In this document: piece by piece, positions 9,951-19,133 of the stretch
Position numbering within the stretch: the stretch's first letter is position 1
Layout: each line of letters starts with the position of its first letter
From: Anaeromyxobacter sp.
GTDB taxonomy: Bacteria > Myxococcota > Myxococcia > Myxococcales > Anaeromyxobacteraceae
DNA: 64,000 nt
Assembly: GCA_035686075.1 (NCBI GenBank)
Contig: DASRZU010000025.1
Span: 10,759-74,758 of the forward strand
Direction of reading: 5' to 3'
The notes under the pieces: generated by a model
What the model saw: the letters and a program-made list of their open reading frames with translations, nothing else
Told to the model about the DNA's origin: nothing
Databases searched by the model: none
Made by a program: the position numbers and the translations under genes

Positions 9951-10880
9951 CTAGGGGAGCGGGGTGAGATCCACCCGATGCGCCAGCTCCGCCACCCGGG
10001 CTTCGCCGCCGAAGGCCGTCCCCGGCAGGCTCGCCGCGGCGGCCCCGGCCGCCACCGCCCATGCGAGCGCCTCGGGGAGCGAGAGGCCTCGCGAGAGGCC
10101 GAAGACCAGGCCGGCCACCATCGCGTCGCCGGCGCCTACCGGGTTCTGCTCCTCGACGAGGGGCGGGACGGCCACGAGGGCACGGGTGCGGTCGAGGAGC
10201 ACGGCGCCCCGCCTTCCCAATGAGACGAGGACGTGGGCGGCCCCCATCCCTTGGATCGCGAGAGCTGCTTTCCTGACCTCCTCCGGCGTCTCCACCGGTA
10301 GCCCGGTCAGCTCGCTCGCCTCGGCCGCGTTGGGCTTCACGAGGAACGGGCCGGCCTCCAAGCCCGCGGCGAGCGCCGGACCGCTCGCGTCGAGCACCGC
10401 GCTGGCCCCGGCCCCCTGCACGATTCGGATGAGGTCGGCGTAGATGCCCGTCGAGACGCCCGGGGGCAGGCTGCCCGATAGCACCCACCAGTCGCTCGGT
10501 CCGGCAAGGTCGCGGACCCTGTCGACGAGGCGAAGCTCTTCCTCCCGGGTCACCTCCGGGCCGGCCTCGTTCACCTTGAGGTGGCGGTCGGGGGCGACCA
10601 CGCTCACGTTGGTCCGGGTCTCCCCCCCGGCGATCCTGACGAAGTTCGTGGGGACGCCGAGCCGCGACAGGCCCTCGAGGATCAGGTCGCCCGCGTGGCC
10701 GCCTACGTACCCGAGCGCGACGCTTTCCACGTTCAGCGCCCGTAGGGCCCGCGACACGTTGAAGCCCTTCCCGCCCACATCGATCCGCAGCCCGGTGGCG
10801 CGGAGCACCTCGCCGAAGGAGATGGCAGGGACCCGCAGCTCCCGGTCCACGGCGGGGTTCAAGGTCAGGGTGTAGATCAC
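9951..10880 (-). CDS. 1-phosphofructokinase-family hexose kinase (PfkB/FruK/LacC)
   Basis: IYTLTLNPAVD, GGKGFNVS, SGSLPPG, KPNAAE, NPVGAGDA; GTG start. Confidence 0.93.
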   Translation of the reverse strand: MIYTLTLNPAVDRELRVPAISFGEVLRATGLRIDVGGKGFNVSRALRALNVESVALGYVGGHAGDLILEGLSRLGVPTNFVRIAGGETRTNVSVVAPDRHLKVNEAGPEVTREEELRLVDRVRDLAGPSDWWVLSGSLPPGVSTGIYADLIRIVQGAGASAVLDASGPALAAGLEAGPFLVKPNAAEASELTGLPVETPEEVRKAALAIQGMGAAHVLVSLGRRGAVLLDRTRALVAVPPLVEEQNPVGAGDAMVAGLVFGLSRGLSLPEALAWAVAAGAAAASLPGTAFGGEARVAELAHRVDLTPLP

Positions 10881-11224
10881 GGGACGGCTCCGGTGAGAGG
10901 CGATCGGTGAGAGAAATACTGCGGGATCGTGGCGGGGCGAAAGGACATCACTACCGGGAGCGGCCCGGGCTCGCCCCGCCCCCTCCCCGCGGTTCCACCT
11001 TCGCCGATCGAAGCCGGAAACAGGGCCTCGGTGGATCTCACCCCGGAGGGGCCGCAAGGCGGCTCTGACTCGCGGTCAATCCGGAAGGCTCGAGGTTCGT
11101 CCATGGCCCGGCGTCGGTGCGTCGCCCGTGCGCCCCAGCCTTCCGGGTGGCCTCACGGGCGTCACAGGATGCGTCGGGGGCTTTCGGTCCCGAGCTCCCG
11201 GCGGCGATCCGCCGGAGAGGCACG

Positions 11225-11758
11225 TCATGAGCTCACGGTGAATCGAGGCGCGTCTGCCCAGAGCCCTTCGAGGTCGTAGAACCCCCTCGACTCGCGGTTC
11301 ATGACGTGGGCCACCACGTCGCCGTAATCGACCAGGATCCACCGGCCGCTCTCGTACCCCTCCACGCCTACCTTGGAGACGCCCCGCCCCTTCATGGTCT
11401 GCTCGACGTGATCGGCGATCGCCCCTGCCTGCCGGTCGGAGTCGGCGGTTACCACCACGAAGTAGTCCGCATAGCTCGTGAGCCCCCGGACGTCGAGGAC
11501 GATCACGTCTTCCCCCTTCTTGTCCAGGGCAGCGCGGGCGATGGCGAGCGCGGTGGGGCGCGCCTCGTCGCTCTCGGGCGGCGCGGCGGGAGCCTTTTCG
11601 GCCGGGGAAGAGGGCGCCGGCGGCTTGCCGAGCGCCGCCCGGGAGGGCGCCCGGCGCGGCGGGGCCCCCCCCCTCCTCTTGGGCTCCGCCCGCCTCTTGC
11701 GGGCAGGTACGGGGGAGCGCTTCGCAGAGGTGGCCGCCGCCGTCTTCTTGTTCGCCAT
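11225..11758 (-). CDS. rsfS: Ribosome silencing factor with a basic N-terminal extension
   Basis: DKKGEDV, ADYFVV, WILVDYGDVVAHVM, RGFYDLEGLW; GGGAGGG SD; follows proA. Confidence 0.93.
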   Translation of the reverse strand: MANKKTAAATSAKRSPVPARKRRAEPKRRGGAPPRRAPSRAALGKPPAPSSPAEKAPAAPPESDEARPTALAIARAALDKKGEDVIVLDVRGLTSYADYFVVVTADSDRQAGAIADHVEQTMKGRGVSKVGVEGYESGRWILVDYGDVVAHVMNRESRGFYDLEGLWADAPRFTVSS

Positions 11759-11775
11759 GCCGGGTGGACCCTCCC

Positions 11776-13062
11776 CTAGCCCCGGACCTGCCCGTCGCCC
11801 AAGACCACGTACCGCTGGGTGGTCAACTCGGCGAGGCCCATGGGGCCGAACGCGTGCAGCTTGGTGGTGGAGATACCGATCTCGGCGCCGAGCCCCAGCT
11901 CGCCGCCGTCGTTGAACCGCGTGGAGGCGTTCACCATCACCGCGCTGGCGATCACCTCCCGTTCGAAGCGGCGGGCACTGGCGAGGTCGCGCGTGAGGAT
12001 GGCCTCGGTGTGCATCGAGCCGTAGCGAGCGATGTGCTCCAGCGCTCCGTCCAGGTCGGCCACCACCCGGACGGCGAGGATCTTGTCCAAAAACTCCTTG
12101 CCGTAATCGCCCGGGCCGGCGGGCGAGGCCGGTACCCCCGCCCGCGAGAAGAGGGTGAGGGCCGTGGGGTCGCAGCGGAGTTCCACACCGGCCTCTGCGA
12201 GGGCCTTGCCAACCGGGGGGAGAAGCCTCTCCGCCGCTCCACGGTGGACGAGCAGGCACTCGATGGCGTTGCAGACCGAGGGGCGTTGCACTTTCCCGTT
12301 CAGGGCGATCGCCACCGCCTGCTCCTCGTCGGCGCTCTCGTCGAGGTAGAGGTGACAGACGCCCTCGTAATGCTTTACCACCGGGACCCGCGAGCGCTCC
12401 ACCACGGAGCGGATCAGCGAGGGGCCCCCTCGGGGGATGCACAGGTCGACGAGCTCGTCGAGCCCGAGGAGCTCGTAGGTGGCCTCGCGGTCCGGGGTGG
12501 GAACGACCTGCACCGCGGCGGCCGGCAGCCTCGCGGCGGCGAGCCCCTCCGCGAAGGCGCCGGCCAGGGCGAGGCAGGACCGGAGCGCGTCTGAGCCGGG
12601 CCGGAGGATCACCGCGTTGCCGCTTTTCAGGCACAGCGCGGCGGCGTCGGTGGTCACGTTGGGCCGCGCCTCGTAGATCATGAGGATGGTTCCGAGCGGG
12701 ATCCGGACCTTCTTCACCTCGAGGCCGTTCGGCCGCCGCCAGGTGGATGTCACCTCTCCCACCGGGTCGGGCAGCGCGGCGACCTCGAGGACGGCCCCGG
12801 CGATTCCCTCGAGGCGCTTGCGATCGAGCGCCAGCCGGTCCAGGAATGCGGCCTTCATCCCGGCGCGCCGGGCGGCCGAGACGTCCTCGCCGTTCGCCTC
12901 GAGGATCGACTCCGCCCGGGCCCGGATGGCCCCGGCGGCCGCCCTGAGAGCGGCGTCCTTGGCCCTCGTGTCGGCGCGTGCCAAGGCGCGGGAGGCCTCC
13001 TTCGCCGCCTGCGCCATGCGCCGCATCTCGGCGGCCAACCCCTGGTCCCGCGGGCTCTCCAT
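11776..13062 (-). CDS. proA: Gamma-glutamyl phosphate reductase
   Basis: [51 protein letters not shown]. Confidence 0.97.
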   Translation of the reverse strand: MESPRDQGLAAEMRRMAQAAKEASRALARADTRAKDAALRAAAGAIRARAESILEANGEDVSAARRAGMKAAFLDRLALDRKRLEGIAGAVLEVAALPDPVGEVTSTWRRPNGLEVKKVRIPLGTILMIYEARPNVTTDAAALCLKSGNAVILRPGSDALRSCLALAGAFAEGLAAARLPAAAVQVVPTPDREATYELLGLDELVDLCIPRGGPSLIRSVVERSRVPVVKHYEGVCHLYLDESADEEQAVAIALNGKVQRPSVCNAIECLLVHRGAAERLLPPVGKALAEAGVELRCDPTALTLFSRAGVPASPAGPGDYGKEFLDKILAVRVVADLDGALEHIARYGSMHTEAILTRDLASARRFEREVIASAVMVNASTRFNDGGELGLGAEIGISTTKLHAFGPMGLAELTTQRYVVLGDGQVRG

Positions 13063-13065
13063 CTG

Positions 13066-14205
13066 CTACTCCCGGACGCTCTCGAGGACCACCAGGTCAT
13101 TCCGGTGGACGACCTCGTCGAGGTACTTATACCCGAGCGCCCGCTCGATCTCCTTGGTCTTGAGCCCGGCGATACGGCGCAACTCGTCGGCGGCGTAACC
13201 GGCAAGCCCGCGCGCGAAGGGGTGACCTTGGTCCACCGCGATGTCGACCGGGTCTCCCACCCCGAACTGTCCCTCCACCCCGCGTACCCCGCTGGGGAGA
13301 AGGCTCCTCCCCTGCTCGGAGAGGGCCCGGCGCGCGCCCGGGTCCACGAGGATCGTTCCCTTGCCCCGCGCCGCGACCGCCAGCCACCCCTTGCGCGAGG
13401 AGAGGCGCTCGTCGCCTCGGGCGAAGATCGTGCCGAGCCGAGCGCCCGCGAGCAGGTCCGGGATCGCCCGCGGGCGGCGGCCGGAGAGGAGCGCGGTGAC
13501 GACTCCCTGTGCCGCGAGCCGGCGGGCGGCGCGCACCTTCGTGGCCATGCCCCCGATGCTCCGTTCCGTGCCCGCTCCACCAGCGATGCGCTCGATCTCC
13601 ACCGTGACCCGGGGCACCTCGTGCAAGAGCACCGCCCCGGGCATCGTGGGATTGCGGTCGTAGAGTCCCTCCACGTCGGTCAGCATCACCACCGCGTCGG
13701 CCTCGATGCACCCCGCCACCAGCGCCGCCAAGGTGTCGTTGTCACCGACCTTGATCTCGTCGACCGCCACGGTGTCGTTCTCGTTCACCACCGGGACGAC
13801 TCCCTGCTCGAGCAGCTTCGCGAAGGTTCGCCGGGCGTTGAGGAACCGCTGGCGCGAGGCTAGGTCGTCGGCGGTGAGCAGCACCTGTGCGGTAGAGAGG
13901 CCGTGGGCGCCCAGCGCTTCCCCCCAGGCAGCCATGAGGTGCGGCTGGCCCACCGCCGCCGCACCCTGCTTGGTAGGGATATCCCAGGGCTTCCCCCGGG
14001 ATCGGACCAGACCGAGCTTCTCGGCGCCGAGCGCCACGGCGCCGGACGAGACCAGCACCAGGCGACGGCCCCGGGCGACCTCGGCCAGGTCCGCCCCAAG
14101 CCGGATGCAGTTGGCCCGGTCGAACCGGCCCTCCCCATCGGTGAGGCTGCCGGTGCCCACCTTCACGACGAGCCGCCTCACGCGGTGGAGGGCACTGCGC
14201 GGCAT
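13066..14205 (-). CDS. proB: Glutamate 5-kinase with PUA domain
   Basis: VVKVGT, SSGAV, AAVGQ, NENDTV, GDNDTL, GGMATK, SLLPSG. Confidence 0.97.
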   Translation of the reverse strand: MPRSALHRVRRLVVKVGTGSLTDGEGRFDRANCIRLGADLAEVARGRRLVLVSSGAVALGAEKLGLVRSRGKPWDIPTKQGAAAVGQPHLMAAWGEALGAHGLSTAQVLLTADDLASRQRFLNARRTFAKLLEQGVVPVVNENDTVAVDEIKVGDNDTLAALVAGCIEADAVVMLTDVEGLYDRNPTMPGAVLLHEVPRVTVEIERIAGGAGTERSIGGMATKVRAARRLAAQGVVTALLSGRRPRAIPDLLAGARLGTIFARGDERLSSRKGWLAVAARGKGTILVDPGARRALSEQGRSLLPSGVRGVEGQFGVGDPVDIAVDQGHPFARGLAGYAADELRRIAGLKTKEIERALGYKYLDEVVHRNDLVVLESVRE

Positions 14206-14211
14206 GGGTCC

Positions 14212-14985
14212 CTAAGGCAACCGGTAGGTCACCGAAGCGGAGATGGGCATGAGGTTCTGGCCCGCCCGGGCCGACATCTGCAGGAATACCATGTAGCCGA
14301 ATCCCGAGTTGTCGACCCGGCGGGCCTCGATGGCGTCGGTCGAAACCATCCGGATCTCGCCCTTCGCGCCGCTCGTGGCGAGCTTCGCCATCATGGTGTC
14401 GTCGGATCGATACAGGTAGGCGCCGCCGTCCACCGCCTCGTCATTGTCCCAGAGGGTGTAGCTGAAGCCGGTCACCAGCGCACCATCGGGCAGGGAAATG
14501 GGGATGACGAGGAAGTCGTCCTCGCCGGAGGTCTGGAACCGGCCCACGCCGCCCGGCACGCTGGCCTGGGCGGTCCCCGTGGCTGAGCTCCGGGGCTGGC
14601 CGGCCAGGGCCGAGACCGAAACCACGCCCCGCGGGAGCCGCTGGCACACAACCGACCCGTCCTCCCCCACCACGCGGATCGCCGACCCCGGTGAACACGT
14701 CCCGGTGATCCGGGCCTGCTTGCCCTCGAGGATCTCGCGGGTGCGGATGATCTCGGTGGTGTGGGTCTCGAGCACGTCGGTGACCGCCACCGGCATGCGC
14801 TCGACCGCGATCCGGCCGCTCTGGATCCGCTCCGCGTCGATGGGCGGGCCCGCGGTCGGGCGTTCGGGGGGCAGCGCGACCACGGGGGCGGGGGGCGGGG
14901 GCTGCCGCCCGAGCACGTACCCCACGGCGACGCACAGCCCGGCGAGGAGGAGACCGCCGACCAACAGCGCCAGCTTGAGCTTCAT
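14212..14985 (-). CDS. Membrane-anchored or exported hypothetical protein with fibre-like motifs
   Basis: GGAGG SD; N-terminal TM, Pro-rich linker, IDAERIQSGRIAVERMP and RITGTCSPGSAIRVVGEDGSVVCQ segments; coding-like codon bias. Confidence 0.75.
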   Translation of the reverse strand: MKLKLALLVGGLLLAGLCVAVGYVLGRQPPPPAPVVALPPERPTAGPPIDAERIQSGRIAVERMPVAVTDVLETHTTEIIRTREILEGKQARITGTCSPGSAIRVVGEDGSVVCQRLPRGVVSVSALAGQPRSSATGTAQASVPGGVGRFQTSGEDDFLVIPISLPDGALVTGFSYTLWDNDEAVDGGAYLYRSDDTMMAKLATSGAKGEIRMVSTDAIEARRVDNSGFGYMVFLQMSARAGQNLMPISASVTYRLP

Positions 14986-15140
14986 CGAAAGCCTCCGGCG
15001 GGGATCGCTTCTACCTTGCGTTGGAAGGCCGTTCAACCGGGCCTTTGCCCCTCTCTCGCCCGCGCGCCGCTCCCCCGCGACCTTCCAGGAAAGACGCATC
15101 TGGCCGCCAACCCCGGCCGGGGCGCTCCACGGGGCCTCGC

Positions 15141-15785
15141 TCATCCAGAAAGGACTCGCACGAGCTGCCAGCCTCCAAAGACGAGCAGGGCGGTCCCCGA
15201 GGCGAGGCCCAACCCCCGGGCCGCCCGTGGGCCCGCGCGCGCCATGGAGCCGGCCGCGACCGCCAGCGCCGCGTTGCCGGCGCTGATGCAGCCGTAGAAG
15301 CTCGCGAGAAACGCGATCGCGCCACCGGGCGCTGCGCGCCAGGCAGAAGCGACCAGCGGGCCACCCACCGCGCTCCAGAAGATCCAGGCATTCGGGTTCG
15401 TCACATTTACGACCGCGGCGGCGAGAAAGCTCCCGAGCCGCCCCTCGCTTGGGCCGAGGGACTCGGGGCTCCTTCCGCGCTCGCTTTCCAAAGCCCTGGG
15501 GACGCTCCCACGGGATGCGGTGCGGAGCGTGGCGGCGCCGATCCCGAGCACCACGAGCGCCCCCGCGGCGGTGAGCGACCGGAGAAAGGTCGAGGGGAGC
15601 CGGTTCAGCACCGAAAGGACCACCGCGATCACCACCGGGTCCGAGGTGGCCGGGACGAGCGAAAGCGGCAGCGCCCGGGCCGGCCCCAGGCGGAGCGAGC
15701 GGGCCACGAGGACCGCCTGGAAGGGCCCCGGCGCCGCCGCCGACGAGAGCCCCAAGAGGACGCCCTGCAGCGCGAGCGCGATCAC
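15141..15785 (-). CDS. LysE-family translocator
   Basis: GLSSAAAPGP and VNVTNPNAWIFW motifs; multi-TM; GTGA overlap with the upstream gene. Confidence 0.85.
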   Translation of the reverse strand: MIALALQGVLLGLSSAAAPGPFQAVLVARSLRLGPARALPLSLVPATSDPVVIAVVLSVLNRLPSTFLRSLTAAGALVVLGIGAATLRTASRGSVPRALESERGRSPESLGPSEGRLGSFLAAAVVNVTNPNAWIFWSAVGGPLVASAWRAAPGGAIAFLASFYGCISAGNAALAVAAGSMARAGPRAARGLGLASGTALLVFGGWQLVRVLSG

Positions 15786-16300
15786 CGGAGCGGGAGCTCC
15801 AGACCCATGTCCACGAGCCGGAGCAACACCTCGGCGTTGCCGATGGCGTCGTGCACCGGGTGGTGGTCGTGCGCAGTCCGTCGCAGGTGCTTCCACTGAG
15901 CGTAGGCGTCCCTCACCACCCCGCAGTAGAGGTCCCCGATGCGACGGCCGCTGTAGCCGAAGGGGTTTCGTTCGAGGTAGGTGTGGAAGTACCAGTTCAC
16001 GAACTGCCAGTCGAAAGCGAGGTTGTCCGAGAAAAGAACCGGTCGCCCGCGGCTCGTCTCCAGGACCCAGCGCTCGAATGCCTCCATGACCTGCCCAGGC
16101 TCGTCGAAGCGGAGGTGCTCCTCGCGCGTGACTCCCGAGACCGAGAGGGCCTCGGGCATATAGCGATCGGAGACTGGGCGGGTCCGGCCGTGGAAGGTCC
16201 GGGAGAGCGACGGCTCGACCACCACCGCGCCGAACGAGACCATCGAGTACTTGCCCGGGATCGGGCCGTCGGCCTCGACGTCGACCACGTAGAGCGACAT
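15782..16300 (-). CDS. DEDD-type 3'-5' exoribonuclease (RNase AS/Rv2179c-like)
   Basis: VVDVEADGP, DNLAFDW, HHPVHDA catalytic segments. Confidence 0.85.
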   Translation of the reverse strand: MSLYVVDVEADGPIPGKYSMVSFGAVVVEPSLSRTFHGRTRPVSDRYMPEALSVSGVTREEHLRFDEPGQVMEAFERWVLETSRGRPVLFSDNLAFDWQFVNWYFHTYLERNPFGYSGRRIGDLYCGVVRDAYAQWKHLRRTAHDHHPVHDAIGNAEVLLRLVDMGLELPLR

Positions 16301-16428
16301 GGGAGGGCGAGATAACCACGACCGCCCGCCGACGTCGAGGGATGCTCGGCAAGCCGCCACCCTCCCCGTCCCAGACCCCTCCGAGCGACGAGAGCGCCCC
16401 AGCGGCCGCGCTCCGGTATGTTCGGGCC

Positions 16429-17178
16429 GTGCCGACAAGAGAGGAGGCGGGAACGCGCTGGGTGGCCGGGGTCGACGGGTGTCGAAGCGGCTGGGTCGTG
16501 GTACTCCGAGAGTGCGTGACGGGAGAGTTGCGCGCCCGCGTGGCCCCGGCCTTCGACGCGGTGCTCGCCCAGGCCGAGGCGCCTTGGGTCGTCGGGGTCG
16601 ACATGCCGATCGGCCTCCTCCCGGCGGGGGCCGCGGGCGGCCGCACCTGCGAGGTCCTCGCCCGGCGGCTCCTCGGACCGCGCTCCTCGAGTCTCTTCTC
16701 GGCGCCGACACGGAGCGCGCTCGAAGCGTTCCGGGCAGGGGGAGGCTACCGGGCCGTGTCGCTCGCGAACCGGGGAGCGCCCTCGGGGCCCGGGCTCTCT
16801 CGCCAGGCCTTTGGGCTGCTCTCCAAGATCAGCGAGGTCGACCGGGCGCTTCCCACGGCGCGGTGCCGGATCGTCGAGGTTCACCCGGAGCTGTCCTTCC
16901 GGGAGGCGAACGGGGGGAGAGTGGTCGAAACCCGAAAGCGTACCGCCGAGGGCCGCAGGGAGCGGCTCGAGGTGCTCGCTCGCCACGGGTACACATTTCC
17001 CCTCGCTCTTCTCGCCCGCCCAGGGCGAACCTTTCCCGCCGGCGCGAAGCCCGACGACCTTCTGGACGCCTGCGTCGCCTGCTGGACCGCGGAACGCGTC
17101 GCCCGGGGCACGGCGGTGGTCCTTCCCGGGGATTGCCCCCTCGATGCGCGCGGGCTGCGGATGGAGCTCTGGCGTTGA
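16429..17178 (+). CDS. DUF429 (RNase H-like predicted nuclease) protein
   Basis: VAGVDGCRSGW, VDMPIGL, EVHPELSF, DDLLDA; GTG start 6 nt after TATGTT. Confidence 0.85.
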   Translation: MPTREEAGTRWVAGVDGCRSGWVVVLRECVTGELRARVAPAFDAVLAQAEAPWVVGVDMPIGLLPAGAAGGRTCEVLARRLLGPRSSSLFSAPTRSALEAFRAGGGYRAVSLANRGAPSGPGLSRQAFGLLSKISEVDRALPTARCRIVEVHPELSFREANGGRVVETRKRTAEGRRERLEVLARHGYTFPLALLARPGRTFPAGAKPDDLLDACVACWTAERVARGTAVVLPGDCPLDARGLRMELWR

Positions 17179-17563
17179 GCGAACGGCGCGCCCACGGGAA
17201 ACCCTGCTCGCAGGAGCCCGCCGGAAGTGCCCCCTCGTCCGCTCGTGTCAGGCCGAATGCTCTTCGATCGGGCGGGAGTGCGCTCCACGAGAGGAGCCAC
17301 CGTACCTGGCGCGACCGCTGGCGGTCCTGGCTCGCTGGACCTCTTCGTCGCCCGGGATGGAAGCGACCCTGACCATCCTGGCGATGGTCGAAGTGCCGAA
17401 CGCGGCCAAGTCGGTTCTCCTCTCTTCCTCCTCCCCCCCCCCCGAGCTTTCCCCTCTCGAAGGAAGGACCGGCCCCTTCTCGTTCGCGGGGAGGGCTCGT
17501 CCGCTCTTGCCCGGCCCACGAGGCGTGCGTGTCCCTCGCCGCTCGCCATGCGAAACTAGGAGC

Positions 17564-18223
17564 ATGCGCCTCCACCAATTCCCGTACAGCCCCTTCGCGG
17601 CCAAGGTCCGCAAGTACCTCGAGCTCAAGGGGCTGTCCTGCGAGATCGTGAACGTGCCCTACCTGGACCGCCGGGAGCTCGTGGCCCTCACCGGTGGAAC
17701 GATGCAGATCCCGGTGCTCGAGGACGGTGGGCGGGTGCTCGAGGAGAGCGCCCGCATCACCGCCTACCTGGACGAGTCCTACCGGCCCTCGTTGCGGGAG
17801 GACCCGCTCTCCTCCGTCCTCGAGGGATGGGCCGACAACGTCCTCGAGGACGTCGCCTTCCGGCTGGCCACGCCCGGTGTTCATGACAGGTTCGCCGAGC
17901 TGGAGGGAGGGCGGAGGGACGCCCCGGCCTTTTTCCGGCTGGTGAAGGAGCGGAAGTATGGTCCGGGCTGCGTCGAGGGTTGGCGGTCGGCGGAGCGGGC
18001 CCTCGTCGAGCGGCTGGGGGCGCTGCTCGTCCCCATCGGGCGAGCGCTGGCCGCGCGGCCGTTCATCCTCGGCACACGCCCCTCCCTGGCCGACGCGGCG
18101 GTGTTCGGGCAGCTCTTCATGGTGGAGTTCGGACTGCCCGGGTTCGTGGAGCACGAGCTGCCCGCGCTCTCGGGCTGGTATCGCAGGGTGGGAACGGCCA
18201 AGAAGGTAGTCACGGAAGGTTGA
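17564..18223 (+). CDS. Glutathione S-transferase family protein
   Basis: SPFAAKVR, QIPVL, ESARITAYLD, PFILG..PSLAD; AGGAG SD. Confidence 0.85.
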   Translation: MRLHQFPYSPFAAKVRKYLELKGLSCEIVNVPYLDRRELVALTGGTMQIPVLEDGGRVLEESARITAYLDESYRPSLREDPLSSVLEGWADNVLEDVAFRLATPGVHDRFAELEGGRRDAPAFFRLVKERKYGPGCVEGWRSAERALVERLGALLVPIGRALAARPFILGTRPSLADAAVFGQLFMVEFGLPGFVEHELPALSGWYRRVGTAKKVVTEG

Positions 18224-18430
18224 CCTCCGCCAGGGCGACAGACGCCATGGAGACCGGCGCGATCCGATGAAGCGGTCCGTCGCCTGGGTCGGTCGCGCCG
18301 AGGTCGGCCTGACCCTGGTGCGGGAGGGACAGACGCCCATCGGGGTCCTCTTCCCCGGCCGGTCTCGGAGGATCGACCGAGGATCCACGATGTTGACGCG
18401 CAAAGTCCGTTGCCCGAAGGACCTCTCCAG

Positions 18431-18448
18431 CCGGCACGGATCTTCCAT
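18431..18448 (+). promoter_or_regulatory. Possible degenerate sigma54 promoter upstream of the STAS gene
   Basis: CGGCACG-GATC-TTCCA resembles TGGCACG-N4-TTGCW, but the -12 GC is CC. Confidence 0.25.
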
Positions 18449-18510
18449 CCCTCGACGCGGACACGAGGGTCCTCGCGAAACGCCTTTTTGTGCCCACGAG
18501 GGTAGGTCGA

Positions 18511-18804
18511 ATGCAGACCAATGGCGCGACCGTGATCCGCATGGACGGTGTCTTTGACTTATCAGCCGCCGAGCAGCTCGCCCGTGCCCTCGACCAGACC
18601 GACGAGAACGAGCAGGTGCGGATCGATCTCACCCAAGTCCGCGAGTTTCACGACTATGGAGTGACCGTCCTCGCGCAGGCGCTGTCCTCGCGCGGGGCGC
18701 GGGTCATCGTGCGCGGCCTGACGCAGCACCACCTGCGCCTTCTTCGCTACTTCGGCGTCGAGACAGAGGAACAGAGCCCGGGCACGGAGCTCGAGCTGGT
18801 TTGA
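18511..18804 (+). CDS. Stand-alone STAS-domain protein
   Basis: VIRMDGVFDLSAAEQL...VRIDLTQVREFHDYG...LLRYFG pattern; 97 aa. Confidence 0.8.
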   Translation: MQTNGATVIRMDGVFDLSAAEQLARALDQTDENEQVRIDLTQVREFHDYGVTVLAQALSSRGARVIVRGLTQHHLRLLRYFGVETEEQSPGTELELV

Positions 18805-19133
18805 AAGAGGCGCACCGGTTACTGGAGTTTGGGCCCGAGGGACTCGGGCCGCGGTCAGGTTCCCTCGAGATCGCCTCCTCGGTCATGGGACAGAGATCTG
18901 CCGCGCGGCCCTTCCGGCGTTCCCCACCGCCGCCAGGCTTGCCGGTATGCCCCCCGCTGCCCGAGAGCCCCGCATCGGCGACGGGCCCTCTCGTCGGGAA
19001 TCAGTCGTGGGCGATAGCCTTCGCGTGCCGACGCGAGCTCACCCTCCTCGGGTCCTGATTCGCCCGCGGCGCTGGTGCACCCCTCACGCGCGGCGGCGGG
19101 CACGCGCCCGCTCGCGGCGGGTGCGCCCTTTCG

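Noticed and set aside
18385-18490. GACGCGCAAAG and hairpins upstream of the STAS gene resembling a c-di-GMP-I riboswitch
   Set aside because: The GGCAAAC...GAAA P2 element and the correct spacing are missing; an Infernal search would be needed to revisit this.
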